Source: Cyanophora paradoxa CCMP329
Lineage: Eukaryota; Plantae; Glaucophyta
DNA length: 64,000 nucleotides
Reading direction: 5' to 3'
Assembly (NCBI GenBank): GCA_004431415.1
Contig: QPMI01000614.1
Location: 1-64,000, forward strand
Shown piece after piece: positions 34,930 through 47,444 of the stretch (position 1 is its first letter; each line of letters opens with the position of its first letter). Under the pieces are notes generated by a model, which searched no databases, was not told the DNA's origin, and saw nothing but the letters and a program-made list of their open reading frames with translations. A program made the translations under genes and the position numbers.

Positions 34930-37900
34930 TCATCGGGGGGAGCCGGAGGGGGCGGGGCCGGAGGCGCTGGGGTTGGGGGGCGTGCTGTTGAGGAGGGGGG
35001 GCATGGAGGGGGGCGCCCCCTTCTGGCGCCGCCACATGGAGTGGTAGAGGCCGTTGCGGGCGAGCAGCTGCGGGCCGGCGTTAGGCCGGCGGGGGCGGGG
35101 CGGCGCGGGGCGGGGCGGGGCGGGCCTCGTCGTGGGAGCCGCGCTCGACGATGCGGCCGGCCTCGAGCACGATGATCTGCGCCGCCTCAGGGGGAGGGGC
35201 GGGGAGGGCGGGCGGGGCGCGCGCCTCGTCGGCGTCCTTAATGGTGGCGAGGCGGTGGGCCACCACCAGCGTCGTCCGGTGCGCCGCCAGCGCCTGCCCA
35301 GCCGCGTCGGCCGCCGGCGGCGGGCGGGGCGGGGCGGGGCGGGGCGGGCCTTGAGCTCGCGGACGATGGCGCGCTCGGTGGCGCTGTCGAGCGCCGCAGT
35401 CGCCTCGTCCAGCAGCAGGATCGGCGGGTTCTGCCCGCCCCGTCGGCCCCGGCCCCCCAGCCCTCGGCCCCCGCCCGCCCGCACCTTCAGCAGCGTCCGC
35501 GCGATGGCGACCTGGGGGGCCGCGACGGAACCCGGGCGGTCAGAGGGGGCGGGAGGGGCGGGCCACCGCGGGCCCCGCACCCGCTGCTTCTCGCCGCCGC
35601 TGAGCTTCGCGCCGCGCTCCCTGCGCCCGCCCGGAGTCACGGATCGGGGGCGGGGCGAGTCTGGCGCGTGGGCGCGCACCCGACGATGGTGGCGTCGCCG
35701 AGGGGGAAGCGGGACTGGGGCGGGCGCTCAGGGCGGCAGCGGGCGGGGCGGGGCGGGGCGGGGCGGGGCGGACGAGGGCCTGGGTGAGCTGTGCGGCGCG
35801 CTCCGCCTCGCGCACCTCCTCCTCCGTCGCCGACGGCCGCCCGTACCGCACCTGCCGCTCCGCGTCAGGCGGATGCGCGGGGGCGGGGCGGGGCGGGGGC
35901 GGGGCGGGCGTTGTAGGCGATGGACTCGTTGAAGAGGGCGCAGTCCTGCGGGACGACCCCCACGCGGCCGCGCAGCGACGAGAGCCGCGCTGCCCGCCCC
36001 TCAGCGGTGCGCGGCGCGGCGCGGCGCGGCCCGCCGCGCGCACCGTCGCGGATGTCGGTGCCGTCGATGCGCACGGCGCCCGACGACGGCTCGAACAGGC
36101 GGAAGAGCAGCTTCAGCACCTGCAGGCCGCTCGTCGGCGGGGCGGGGCGGGGCGGGGCGGGGCGGGGCGGGGCGCGTGCCGTGCTCTTCCCGCTCCCGGT
36201 GGGCCCGACGATGGCGGTGGTCGTCCCGGGGCGCACGGCGAAGGAGACGCGGTCGAGCACCCGCCGCCCGTTCGGGTACGAGAAGCACACCTGCGCCTCC
36301 TCAGGCGGGGGCGGCGGCGGCGGGGGGGCGGGGCGGGGGCGGGCGCGCCTCGTGGAACTCGACGAGGCCGGTGGTGACCTCGAGCTCGACGCCGGCCTCC
36401 GTGTCCGCCGCCGGCAGCTCCGTCAGCGCGATCAGCCGCCGCAGGTCGATCAGCGCCTGCCGCATCTCCCGCCACGCCCACCCCAGCTGCCCCCGCGCCC
36501 CGCTCGACGCGCAGCGAGGGGCGGGCGGCGGGCGGGGGCGCGCGTATTCGAGGGGCAGGTAGAGCTGCGTGAGGAGCCCGTTGATCGCGACGAGGTCCCC
36601 CACCGACATCCGCCCGCTCACCACCTGCGCGCCAGGCTCGCCGGCGCGCAGGCGGGGCCGGGGCGGGGCCGGGGCGGGGGCCGGGGGGCGGACCCCCTGG
36701 GAGGCCATGGCGAGGACGGCGATGAGGCCGGTCGCGTTGAGGAGGCCCTGCGCCCCCGCGTCGGGCCCGGAGCGGGCGGGGCTGGCGCGGGGCGGGGCGG
36801 GGCGGGGCGGGCCTGCCCGGCGTTGAGGAGGTTCACAGAGCGGGTCGAGATCTGAGCGCGCTCGCCCGTCGGGGGCGCCCGGCGCGGGGGGCGGGGCGGC
36901 GGGGGCGGACGAGGGCGGCGCGCTCGTAGGCGCGGAGCTCGGCCTCGTAGGCCTCGGCCTCGAGGCGCTCGTTCGTGAAGAGCTTGACGCCCTCCACGTT
37001 GATCACCGAGTCCACCAGCTTCGCCGACGCCCGCTCCTCCGCTTTGTTCATACGCTGCCGGCCCGTCGCGCCCCGCCCGCGCGGCGGCGGCGGCGGCGGG
37101 GGGCGCACCTTGCGGATTCGGACGCGCCAGTCGATGATGGTGACGGTCCACACGGTGTAGGCGGTGAGGAAGAGGAGGGAGGTGAGGGCGTAGCGCGCCT
37201 GCGGGGCGCTCAGCGGGGCCGGGCGGGCGGGGCGGCGGGGGCGGGGGCGGGCCCCGTAGCGGAAGAAGAGGAGGGTGAAGACGAGGGAGGACTCGATGAC
37301 GGCCGGCACCCACGTCGAGAGCGCCGCCTGCGCCCCGCCCCGTCGCCCCGCGCCGGCGGGTGGGGCAGCGGGGGAGGTACCTCGAGAAACTGAGAGATGG
37401 CCCTGCAAGGCAGGCGGCGGCCTCAGCGGCAGCGCGGAGCGAGCGGGGCGGGGGCGCGGGGAGGGGCGGGGGCGGCACCGGCAGCCGCGGTCGAGGGTCT
37501 GCGCGAGGGCGCCCGTCTGGCGCTCGACGTGGTAGCTGCGGGGGCGGCGGGGTGAGCGGGGGGCCGGGGGCGCGGGGCGGGGCGGGCGCGCGAGAGGTCG
37601 ACGTCGAGGAGGTGGGCGAAGAGGTCGCGGGAGACGAGGCGCGTGGCGCGCTGGATCACCGAGCTGAGGCAGTAGAGGCGGCCCTCCTGGCAGCACACCT
37701 GCACCAGCTTCGTCCCGTAGAAGGCCAGCAGCAGGCCCACGGGCAGCGCCAGCGGGCCGGCGGCCGCGCCGGACACGGTGAGGCGGTCGACGAGGCGCTT
37801 GACGAGCAGCGGCACGCAGACGCCGAGGGCGCTCGAGGCGAGCAGCAGCACCGCCGCCAGCACCACGCGCACCCGCACCCCCGCCCGGTGCGCCGGCCAC

Positions 37901-38425
37901 AGATACTTGCCAAGGAACGAGGTGACGAGCTCGATGTCCGACGAGCTGCTGCCTTCCGACGAGAAGCCCTGGCCCGGATCGAGGCCCAGGATTTCGAAGA
38001 GGTGATCCCGCAACGTCGGCTTTGCCGCGGCCGTTGCTGCCGCGGCCGATCCGGAGCCGCTGGGCTCCGTCGCCTCGCAGCGTGCGATCTGGGCGTCGAC
38101 GCCGCCGTCGATCTGGAACCTGACAGGCGGATTACCCGCGCCCCACCCCCGGACGGCCCCACGCAGACGGCGCTCACCTTCTAGACGGACGGTGACGGGC
38201 GTCCAACCGCACTCGGCTGCCGGCGAAGAATGATCTGTGCTGAATGACATGCCGATGGCGGCGCTGGCTGGCAGCCGACGCGGGCAGCCCGTTCGAGAGC
38301 TCGCACAGCGCGGACGCGCTAGCACTTCCTAGCGCTAGCGCTGGTGCTGCCGATCCGCATGGCAGCGCTCTGCTGCAATTGCGGGGAGGCGCGCCCGGCG
38401 ACGCGAATCCGGCCCGGGCGGGCAT
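34930..38425 (-). CDS. ABCB half-transporter, ATM1/ABCB7-like, with plastid-type N-terminal extension
   Basis: [75 protein letters not shown] 38425 MPARAGF... splices in frame to RFQIDGG. Confidence 0.92.
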
Positions 38426-38741
38426 CGGGGGCGGCTGGCTTGCAGTCAGTACAAAGCTAGCCGGCCGTGTAACGCTATTCGTACGAGCTCCGAGAGCGGC
38501 CGAGGAAGCGGCAAGTTCAGAAGTTGGGTAGAGGAATAATCGGATTTCGGGTACGGCAAAACGACTTTACTGGCCGGCCGCTCGCACAAGCGGGGAGCGC
38601 GGCCTGACCGCAAGAGTTGCAGTAGTTGCGTTAGAGCCTTGCCAAGGCCTAGCTGACGGCTCTATTTCCGGTCTGGCGCACAGCCGGTCGTAGGGCAGCA
38701 GCTAGCGGCAGCCGCCGGAATCTGGAGACAGGGTGGCCACC

Positions 38742-41700
38742 ATGCCAGACCTGGAGCTCAACAAGCACGCTGCCGACATCGGCAAGCTCCTGCTACAAGT
38801 CCAAAATGAGCTCAAGACGATCCGCTCAACGATCCAGCCGGGGTCGCAGCCCGATGTCAGCGCCCTCGAGTCCATTATCGAGCGGGCGGAGTCGGACCTG
38901 CGGGCAAAGGCGCGCCCGCCCCGCCCCGCCCGCCCCGCCGCCGCTAACAGCGCATGGTAGGCGGAGGCGGTCCTGCAGACTGTGGTGGACGACAATGTCA
39001 CGACGCTGCCGATGATCCGGGAAAGCACGCCCAAGAGCCAGTCGCTGCGGAGGGAGGCCAGCCCGTCGGAGCAGGACTACGGCCCGCAGGCGGGGCCGAG
39101 CACGGCGCGGGGCCCGCGGCCGCTGCTGCGGAGGCCCCGGCCCCGGGACGAGGTCGCCCTGCGGGAGGTTTGCAGCGGCGGCTGGCGGGGCCGGCAGGGC
39201 GGCTGACGGGGCGGCGCCGCAGATGCTACGGAACCCGACGGGGGAGAACGCGCGGGCGTTCCTCCTCGAGCGCTTCGGGGTGCCGGCGGCGCGGGAGACG
39301 GGCGGCGTGCGGGCCGTGGGCCGCGTCCGGCTCGACCGCAAGCGGCTCGCGACGGGCAAGCTGAGCTCCGCCGGCGGGCTGCCGGCCGTCGGCCGGAAGG
39401 ACCCGACGGCGCCGCCGCCACCGGTGCCGGAGGAGGAGCTGGGGAAGGGCCTGCTGCACCTGGTGAACCGCGGCTACCTGCACCCGAGCGCCGACCTGAC
39501 GCTCGCCTTCACGCGCGCACCCGCCATCATGTCCGCCGCCCCCGCCACCTACCACGAGTGGTGCGCCCCGGCCCCGCGCGCCCCCGCCCGGGCCCCGGCC
39601 CGGCGCGGCGGCGGAGTACATGCAGCGGGGCTGAGGGCGGGGGCAGGTACGAGCAGTTCGAGCGGGGGGAGGTGCTGCTCTCGCCGGGCGCCTTCAACTT
39701 CAACGCCGTCCGCCTCGATCTCGCCGACGCCAAGGGCGCCGCCAAGCGCCGCCCTCCCCCGGAGCGCAAGCAGGCCACCCTCGCCACCGCCACCGTCGAC
39801 GCACCCGGCGGCATCGCCCCGAACCCGCCGCCCGCCCCGCGCGAGGAGGAGCGCGCCGAGGCGCGGGGCTACGACGCGCTGATGGACCAGTACAGCCTGC
39901 ACGAGTTCATCATCCGCAAGGGGCGCACCCTCGACTCCACCCCGGAGTTCGTCTCCTACCGGCGCACGTACGCGCACGCGTGGGGGCCCATCGCCGCCGC
40001 CATCGGCCGCCTCGAGCGCATCATGGCCGAGCACCACGGCGCGCCCCGGCCCGCCCCGCGCGCGGCGCGCCCTCTCTGACGCCCCCGCAGTGTTCGCGGC
40101 GTACGTGGACGGGAAGGCGCTGGCGGAGCTCGCGACGGACGACCTGCGGGCGCCGACCGTCGCGGAGCTCGTCGCCTGCGTGAAGAACGCCGACCAGCTG
40201 CCGCAGCTCAGCAAGCTCCCCGGGCGGCGCTTCAAGGGCAACAACGGGAAGGAGCGGGCGGCGGCCGCCATGCAGGCGACCTGGCGCATGTTCGTCACCC
40301 GCCGCGAGTACGAGGAGGGGCAGCGCCGCCAGCGCGCCGCCCGCCGCATCCAGGTCCGCCCCGCCCCGCCCCGCCCCGCCCCGCCCCGCCCGGGCTGAGG
40401 CGGGGGCAGCTGGGGTGGCGGCTGTACGCGGCGGCGCGGCGGACGCGGGAGGCGATCGCGGCGACGCGGGCGCTCGAGGCGGCGACCTTCAAGCAGCTCG
40501 CCGCCGACTTCCACCGCGCCTGGCCCACCATCAAGACCAAGCCCCGGTCCGAGCCCCCGCCCGCCCGCCCGCGCGGCGCTCCGGCGGGGGCTGACGGGGG
40601 CGGGGCGCAGGGTTGTGATCCACCTGCCGTCGTTGACGCGGGACGAGTCGCAGCGGATGAGCACGACGAACTTCGCGGTGCGGCAGAACTCGCAGATGTC
40701 GCGCCTGTGCGACGCCGGCGACCCGCTCGTGGAGGTCGTCTACGTCGCCCCCTTCCAGCTCGCCTCCGACGTCCAGCAGTACTACGAGAAGCTCCTCGCC
40801 GTGGGCGGCGTGCGGGACGCCCCCGCGCGCATCAAGGTCGTCTACCCCGAGAACCACCACCGCTTCCCGGCGCACTTCTCGACGACGACGCTGCTGCTCT
40901 ACTCGCCCCGCGCGCTCAAGCGGCTCGCCAACTTCATCCGCGGCAAGACCGCCTACATCGTCCCCGGCCACGTCGGCCCCGACGAAGTCCGGCTCGCCGC
41001 CGTGCGCCGCCCCCTGCCCGCCCGCCCGCCCGGCCGCGCCGCCCCGCCGCGCGCCGCCGACGGGGCCGGGGGAGCAGAAGCTGGGGGTGCCGGTGCTGGG
41101 CCCCGACCCGGCGGTGGCGGGGATCTACGGGACGAAGTCGGGGGCGAAGCGGATCTTCGCGGCGGCGCACGTGAACACGGCGCCGGGGGCGCACGACCTC
41201 TACGAGGAGCGGGACCTCGTGGCCCGCCTCGCCGAGCTCATGGTCCTCCACCCCGCCGTCCCCCGCTGGCTCGTCAAGATCGACGACGAGTTCGGCGGCC
41301 GCGGCCACGCCGTCCTCGGTCCGCCCCCTCCCCGCCGCGCCCCCGCGCCCCGCGCCCCCGCGCGCCGGCGGCGGCCTGAGGGGCGCGGGGGGCCAGACGT
41401 GGCGCACGTGAAGGGGCACGAGGCGGTGCGGGAGGAGTACCGGCGGATGCCGGAGGCGTACGAGCACCCGGGCCGCCGCGAGGCCGCCGTGCGCCGCCTC
41501 GCCGAGGAGCTGCCCCGCGCCCTCGCCCGCCGCGCCGCCATGGCCGTCCCCGAGCTCTACCCCTCCTGGGCCCACTTCGCGGAGACCCTCGCCCGCGTCG
41601 GCGGCGTCGTCGAGGCGGCGCCGCCGGTCGTCGTCGGCTCGCCCTCCGCCAACCTCCTCGTCGAGCCCGACGGCACCGTCTCCCTCCTGAGCACCCACCA

Positions 41701-42758
41701 GCAGCTCTTCCTCCCCGGCGGGCCCGGCCCCTTCTGCTTCGGCGGCGCCCTCTTCCCGCAGCAGAGCGTCCCGCACGCCGCCGTGCGGGAGGCGGCGCTG
41801 GCGATCGGGCGGGAGTGCCACGGGAAGGGCCTGGTGGGGTACATGGGGGTGGACTTCCTGGCGCTGCGGGAGGCGGAGGGGGCGGGGCTCGTCATGTGGG
41901 CCGTCGACCTCAACCTGCGCCTCACCGACACCCAGGCCGCCTTCGCCCTCTTCCACTTCGTCACCGCCGGCCGCTACAGCCCCGCCGACGGCTCCTACCG
42001 CCTGCCCCCCGCCGCCCCGCTCCTGCCCCCGATCCCCCTGCCCCCGGCCTCCGCCCCCTCCGGCCCCCCCTCCGCCTCCTCCTCCGCCCGCTCCCTCGCC
42101 CCCTCGCCGCCCCCCGGCCCCGAGGGCCCCGAGGCCGGCCCCAGCGGGTCGCCCCCCGGGAGCGCGCCGCAGGCCTCGAGCTCGCGGAACGCGCGGGGCT
42201 CGCTGGCGCTGCAGGCGCCGGAGGGGGAGGAGCGCTGCTACGTGTCGCTGGACTACGTGGCGCACCCGAACCTCGCGACGATGCAGTACGGCGTCTTCTT
42301 CAACCTGTGCCGCCTCAAGGGCGTCTGCTTCGACCTGCACGCGCGCGCCGGCACCTGCTTCTCCCTCCTCGACTCCTTCGCCGGGGGCGCCCTGGGGCTC
42401 CTCTGCTCGGGCCCCCGCCCCGGCGACGCCGCCCGCGCCGCCCACGAGGCCCTCGACTTCATCCAGCAGCAGGCCCGCCCCGCCCGCCCGCCCGCCGCCT
42501 TTGGCCGGCGCCGCCCGTGACGCGGGGCGCGCAGGTCGGCTTCCTCCGCTCCGACCCGACGCACCGGGACCCCCTCAACCCGGACTCCAACTTCAACGTG
42601 CGCGCCGCCCCCCGCCACGCCCGCCGCGCGGGGCGGGGCCGACGCGGCCGCAGGAGGTCTTCGGGATGGTGAAGGGCCTCTGCGACCGCCTCAAGGTCTC
42701 CACCCGCAAGGCCTCCAAGCACCCGCCGCCCCGCCCCTCCGCAGCCGTCGCCCGCTAG
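38742..42758 (+). CDS. IQCH: IQ domain-containing protein H-like (IQ motif plus ATP-grasp-like region)
   Basis: LMDQYSLHEFIIRKGRTLDSTPEF, IQ motif AAAMQATWRMF, RVVIHLPSL, GTKSGAKRIF, WLVKIDDEFGGRG, WAVDLNLRLTD. Confidence 0.85.
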
Positions 42759-42963
42759 CCGGCCCCGCCCCCCTCTCCTCCTGCGTCCCCCCGTTCTTCC
42801 AAACGCCCCCGTCCCTCACTCTCCTCCCCATCCACTGATCGGCCCTCGCCCCATTCCGTCGGGTTCCCGCGCCCCCGCGCCCCCACTGCTCTTGCTTTTC
42901 TGCGTAGTCTCGAAATGCATGCGAATCGGGAGATCGAGAGGACGGGGCGGGGGCGGGGCGGGG

Positions 42964-44656
42964 TCAGGCGGGGAGTTCCTGGTAGGGGGCGGAGCCCTGG
43001 AGGACGAGCTCGAGGAGGCGCTGGGCGAGGGGCGAGGCGGGGTGCGCGGCGCAGAGGCCCTCGATGGCGGCGAGGCGCTCGAGGTACGCCTCGCACTCCG
43101 ACGCCAGCGCCCCCAGCACCTCCCGCGTCCGCCCGTGCGCCTCCAGCCGCTCCCGCATCTCCGACTTCTGCGCCCCCGCCCGCGTCGGCCGCCAGCCGGC
43201 TCTCGGGAGGGGCGCGGCGCGGCGCCGCCGACCAGCAGGGCGATCAGGTTGGCCATCTGCGGCGGGGCGCGCGCGCCGCTGAGGCCGGTCCCGGCGCGCG
43301 CGCCGCGGCGCAGAGGGCCCGCCTCTCACCTCGGCGAACTCCTCGTGCTGCCGCGAGGCCCCCGCGCCGCCTCCCTCCCGCTCCGGCGCCGGCGCCGGCG
43401 CGGGTGCAGGGGCCGCCTCGGGGGCGTCGAGGGAGGCGCCCGACGAGGGGGCCCCCGCCGCGCTCGACGGCAGCGAGCGCGCCGTGGAGGCCTCCGGCGC
43501 CGGCGCGTGGCCGCCCAGCGCCGACGGCGGCCGCCCGGGCGAGCTCGCCACCTGGCTGCCTGCCGGGCCGCTCGCTGGCGCCGGCAAGGGGGCAGGCGCG
43601 CGCGCCAGCCGCACCGCTGTAGCTGCGCAGGCTCTCCACGTCTGCGGGCGAGCGGTCGGGGAGAGGAGGGGCGGCGATGGGGGCCGGCGGGCGCGCCTGC
43701 GAGGGCCAGCTTGGGGGCGACGGCCTGGGAGCGCGTGGGGAAGGGGGGCGAGCTCTTCTGCTTCGGCAGGAGCCCGATCGCCTCGACCTTGTTGGGGAGG
43801 AGGTGGCTGCTGAGGCCGCCCTGCTGCCCCGAGCCGCGCGCGTCCGCCCCCATCGCCCGCTTCTTCCTCTGCTCGAAGACCCCGAGGCCCGTGGGCGCGG
43901 CGCCGGCTCCGTGGAACTGCGGCCCGTGAGGCGGGCAGGCGGGCGGGCGGCGGAGGCGCGCCGGGGGCGGGCCTTCTCGTAGTATGAGCGGAAATATGTC
44001 AAAAACTGGCGAGAGATGAGGCGATGTAAGCTATGAGATTGAGATGAGAGAGACCAAGTGGACGATGCGATGGGCACCTCGATGCATGCAGCGAACTGGC
44101 CTGCGCAAGCGGGTCACCGATGTGCACCTCGGCAGTGCATTCGGGGGCTGGGCACCCTTCGAAAGGGCCTGCAGAGGCACAGGCCGCAAGTCCAGTCGCC
44201 GCATCGCCGTGTCCAATAGGCGCAGATTTTGCAAGTTCTCCTCCGGCGTCCGCGCAGTGTACAGCAGCCGCGACAGCGGGACCGCCTTCGGGTGGAGCAT
44301 GTTCAGGCTGCGCGCCCGTCAGCTCGAGTCGAACCGGCCGAACCGTGAGCTCTGCATTCTTGCAAGCACACACATTTCGCAGAACGCGATCCCGTCCTGC
44401 GATCCCGGGGTCGACAAAACCGCCGCCGACGCGGCCGGGCGACGGCCGGCGGCAGTTTAGGCTGGGCTGCATTAATGGCAGTTTAGGCGGCAGTTTTACA
44501 CACCTGAAGCTGCTCTATTTTGATATAGTCGGCGTCCAGCAGCCCATTCAGCCACTGCAGCGCCTGCAAGCGTTCCGGTCAGAGCGTTCAGCAGCGAGGC
44601 CGGGGCGAAATCAGCACCTCCGATCGGCCGTGGATTGGGCGCTCGAAACGGGCCAT
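42964..44656 (-). CDS. Divergent RP/EB (EB1-like) microtubule end-binding protein
   Basis: CH domain GRSE|ALQWLNGLLDADYIKIEQLQ|DGIAFCE..NMLHP..NLQNLRLL. C-terminal EBH-like ECEAYLERLAAIEGLC...LAQRLLELV. Confidence 0.8.
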
Positions 44657-44999
44657 CCGACGACGGAAGCGTGCACCGCTCGCTTTTGAAGAGCAGATGC
44701 AGCGGCTGCTGCCAGCGCCTCTGCGAAGAAGTTCACGGCCAGCCTCCGAGCGCTTTCGTAGCGGCGAAGGGGACTGAATGTGCCGCGCGCGCCTATAGCG
44801 CAATAGCTTGTAGCAGTCCAAAGGCGTTGAGAACTGGCGGGTTCGAAATCAGCACCTCCGAGCGCCCGTGGATTGGGCGCTCGAAGCTGGCCATCCGACG
44901 ACGGAAGCGTGCACCGTGCGGCGAAGGGGACTGAATGTGCCGCGCGCGCCTAAAGAGCAATGGTTTGTAGCAGTCCAGAGGCCTTGAGAACTGGCGGGT
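44606..44999. repeat. Tandem duplication of promoter and first coding exon (A 44606-44678 / A' 44844-44916; B 44761-44841 / B' 44918-44999)
   Basis: Two pairs of about 70-80 bp near-identical direct repeats read directly. Confidence 0.9.
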
Positions 45000-45035
45000 G
45001 CTTGAACCGAGGAGTTGCTATACCCTGGCAAAACG

Positions 45036-46686
45036 ATGTCAGCCGGCGGCGCCCCCGCGCCCGGCCCCCAGCCGGGCGAGGTTTACATCGGCAGCGAAGG
45101 GCGCATCGTGTCGGCAGTCCGCTTGATGTCCGCCGCCCGTTCCCGCAACTGCTCTGCGCCGGCTAAGGATCTCGCAGTGCGCAGACGCCCCTCGAGGTGC
45201 TCCCGATGGAATTTTCAATGGTGCGAAGCTTTGCGAAGGCTTAGTTGAAGTCGGAGCGCTTCTCGCCGCCTAGTAGCCCTGTGTCCACGCTCCGGCCTCA
45301 CGCCCGGACGGCTTAGCTAGAGAATCGGAATCAAACAAACAATCGCCCCGCCGAAAAGCGCCGCGCTCGTCGCGAGCTGCAACGTGTTAATCACCTTGCA
45401 GGTGTTCTTCTCGGCCGTGAGCCTCCACGACTTCGCAAGGGAAGGTAGCTTCGCTGGCGATGCCTCCGATTCAGAGTGTGTGTGTTCCAGGCCGAGCTCA
45501 CTGTCAACTGCGTCAGATACCACCCGGGAGCTTGTCGTCAAGCACGGCGGGCTCACGGCAGTCATTCACCTGCTGCATTCTGGCCAGGCGGACCTCGCCA
45601 CGGTTGCTTCCCACACAGTGCTGACCCTGGCCACTGACCGTACGCCCCCGAACCTATGTGCTCCCTTACCTCTCTGACGTCTTCCTTGTCCAGCTAAGCT
45701 GCGCCTGGTCATGGGGGAGTCACCAGGCTAGTTGGCCGTGTCTCATGCTTAACGTGCATGTCACTGACTTTGTTGCCTGTAGACTTGATCCCAGCACTTG
45801 TCGGGCTTGTGGGCCCTATTCGAGCCGGTGACAGCTTCTACTGGAACAACGCGTTGCTGGAAGCAGCGACTGGAGCATTGCAGAATCTATGTATGCCTTG
45901 AACCTAACAGTCTCTAACTTGACTCTAAGCATATAGCTAGCTATAGTCCGAGTCCGACGGTGCTCTTTGCTCTAAAGATGCTGATATCCTTGCAGGCGCG
46001 CACACACCAGGAGTCGATGACCAACGTGTGTGGCTGCTTACTACGCATTTGCAAAACGTCTGAAATGAGCTGAACCCAATTTAACGCAGAGCACTCCTCT
46101 AGGAGCGACCGCCGAATGCGAGTCCATGATGCTGGGGCTGTGCAGCGACTTTCGACCCTCTTGGCTAGCAACGAGACCACCGTGCCAGTGAAGCGCAACA
46201 CGCTGTGGGCGCTCTGCAACCTCTCTATGCATGGTGCGCATACAGAAGCTCTTGCGTGCGATGTCTAAACAGGGAATAGAGAGGATTGCAAGGACTGTGG
46301 CTGACAAGGCCTTGGACCCGATTCTTCGCATCATCTTCAACAGCTATGCTCCCCCCCCAGTAGACGCTCAGGAGCAGGTCCAATGCTGTTCTGCATTCAG
46401 CAATCGTACCTGCTTCTTACCCGTCCTTGGCAGATGGAACTAGAGAGCGTTGCCCTTTTCTGCCTAAACTCCGCTGCCATTCGAGGTGGCCGGAGGGATA
46501 TTGTGAAGAGGGACCCTCGCCTCCTCCAGGTACATCCTGTGCACTGATATGTTCTCTTTTGCCCCCTTCCTAACGTCAGTATCTATCCCATTGCAGCGCC
46601 TCTCTGAGCTGGAGGGATCTCAGGACCTCAGGGTCCGAACTGCAGCGAGCGAACTCCTTGCCCCTCTCCGCGGGAAGGGCCGATGA
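45036..46686 (+). CDS. Armadillo-repeat protein
   Basis: RELVVKHGGLTAVIHLL, ATGALQNL, RMRVHDAGAVQRLSTLL, NTLWALCNLS. Many short introns. Confidence 0.75.
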
Positions 46687-46902
46687 GCATCCCTGAGTGC
46701 TCTGTCTAGCCATGCCCTTCCTTGCTGTGTCTTAGCTAGGTATAGCCCGTAGGCCCCTCAACTTTGTACAGATCTACAGATCGCGATCAAAACCATAATC
46801 GCTCGAAGCGAAGCCGCGCGAGCCCATGTACATGTGCACTGCCCGGCTGCAAGACTGAAGACGAGTACCCCCCCGGAGAAGCCGGCACCCGAGCGGCACA
46901 CC

Positions 46903-47444
46903 ATGGTTCGCCCTCTTATAGATCCGCCGAAGCAGGACGGCCCTCCTCCGGGCGGCTTCAAGGTCATCAAGTTCCAGCGGAATCTGCCGACCGGGGGCCC
47001 GTCCGCCCTGGCGCTCTTCGGCTTCTTCGGCGCTATGTGCGTCGGCGGCCTTGCAGTTGTCGCCCACTACAACCAGCAGGCGTCCCGGTGCGCAGCACAC
47101 CTGGCGCACCGCGCGGCATGCCCGCGGCCTCTGGCTTCCGTTCACTTTCTGCCGCGGCAGGGCACTCGGTGATGTCCAGATTCTTCGGTGCGCCTCAGCG
47201 AAGCTGCGCACCATTGTCATGTCGTAAGCCTCGCCGCAGCACCCCAGACATCCTCTACGACAAGGAGCTCAGCGCCTTCAAGCAGTCGATGGACATCGTT
47301 ACCGAGGGCCGGTGCGTGTTAGCTCATTTGCGTAGGTTCCAGTCGCATCGCACCCCGGCACGATGCTGAATGCACACCGGCTTGCTCAGGAGGCGCACCC
47401 TCGCTGGCCTGAAGGCGCAGGCGGAAGTCACGAAGCCTGAGTAG
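46903..47444 (+). CDS. NDUFA13: NADH dehydrogenase subunit B16.6 / GRIM-19
   Basis: KQDGPPPGGFKVIKFQRNLPTGGPSALALF followed by a TM segment. Three GT-AG introns restore the frame to TAG at 47444. Confidence 0.9.
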
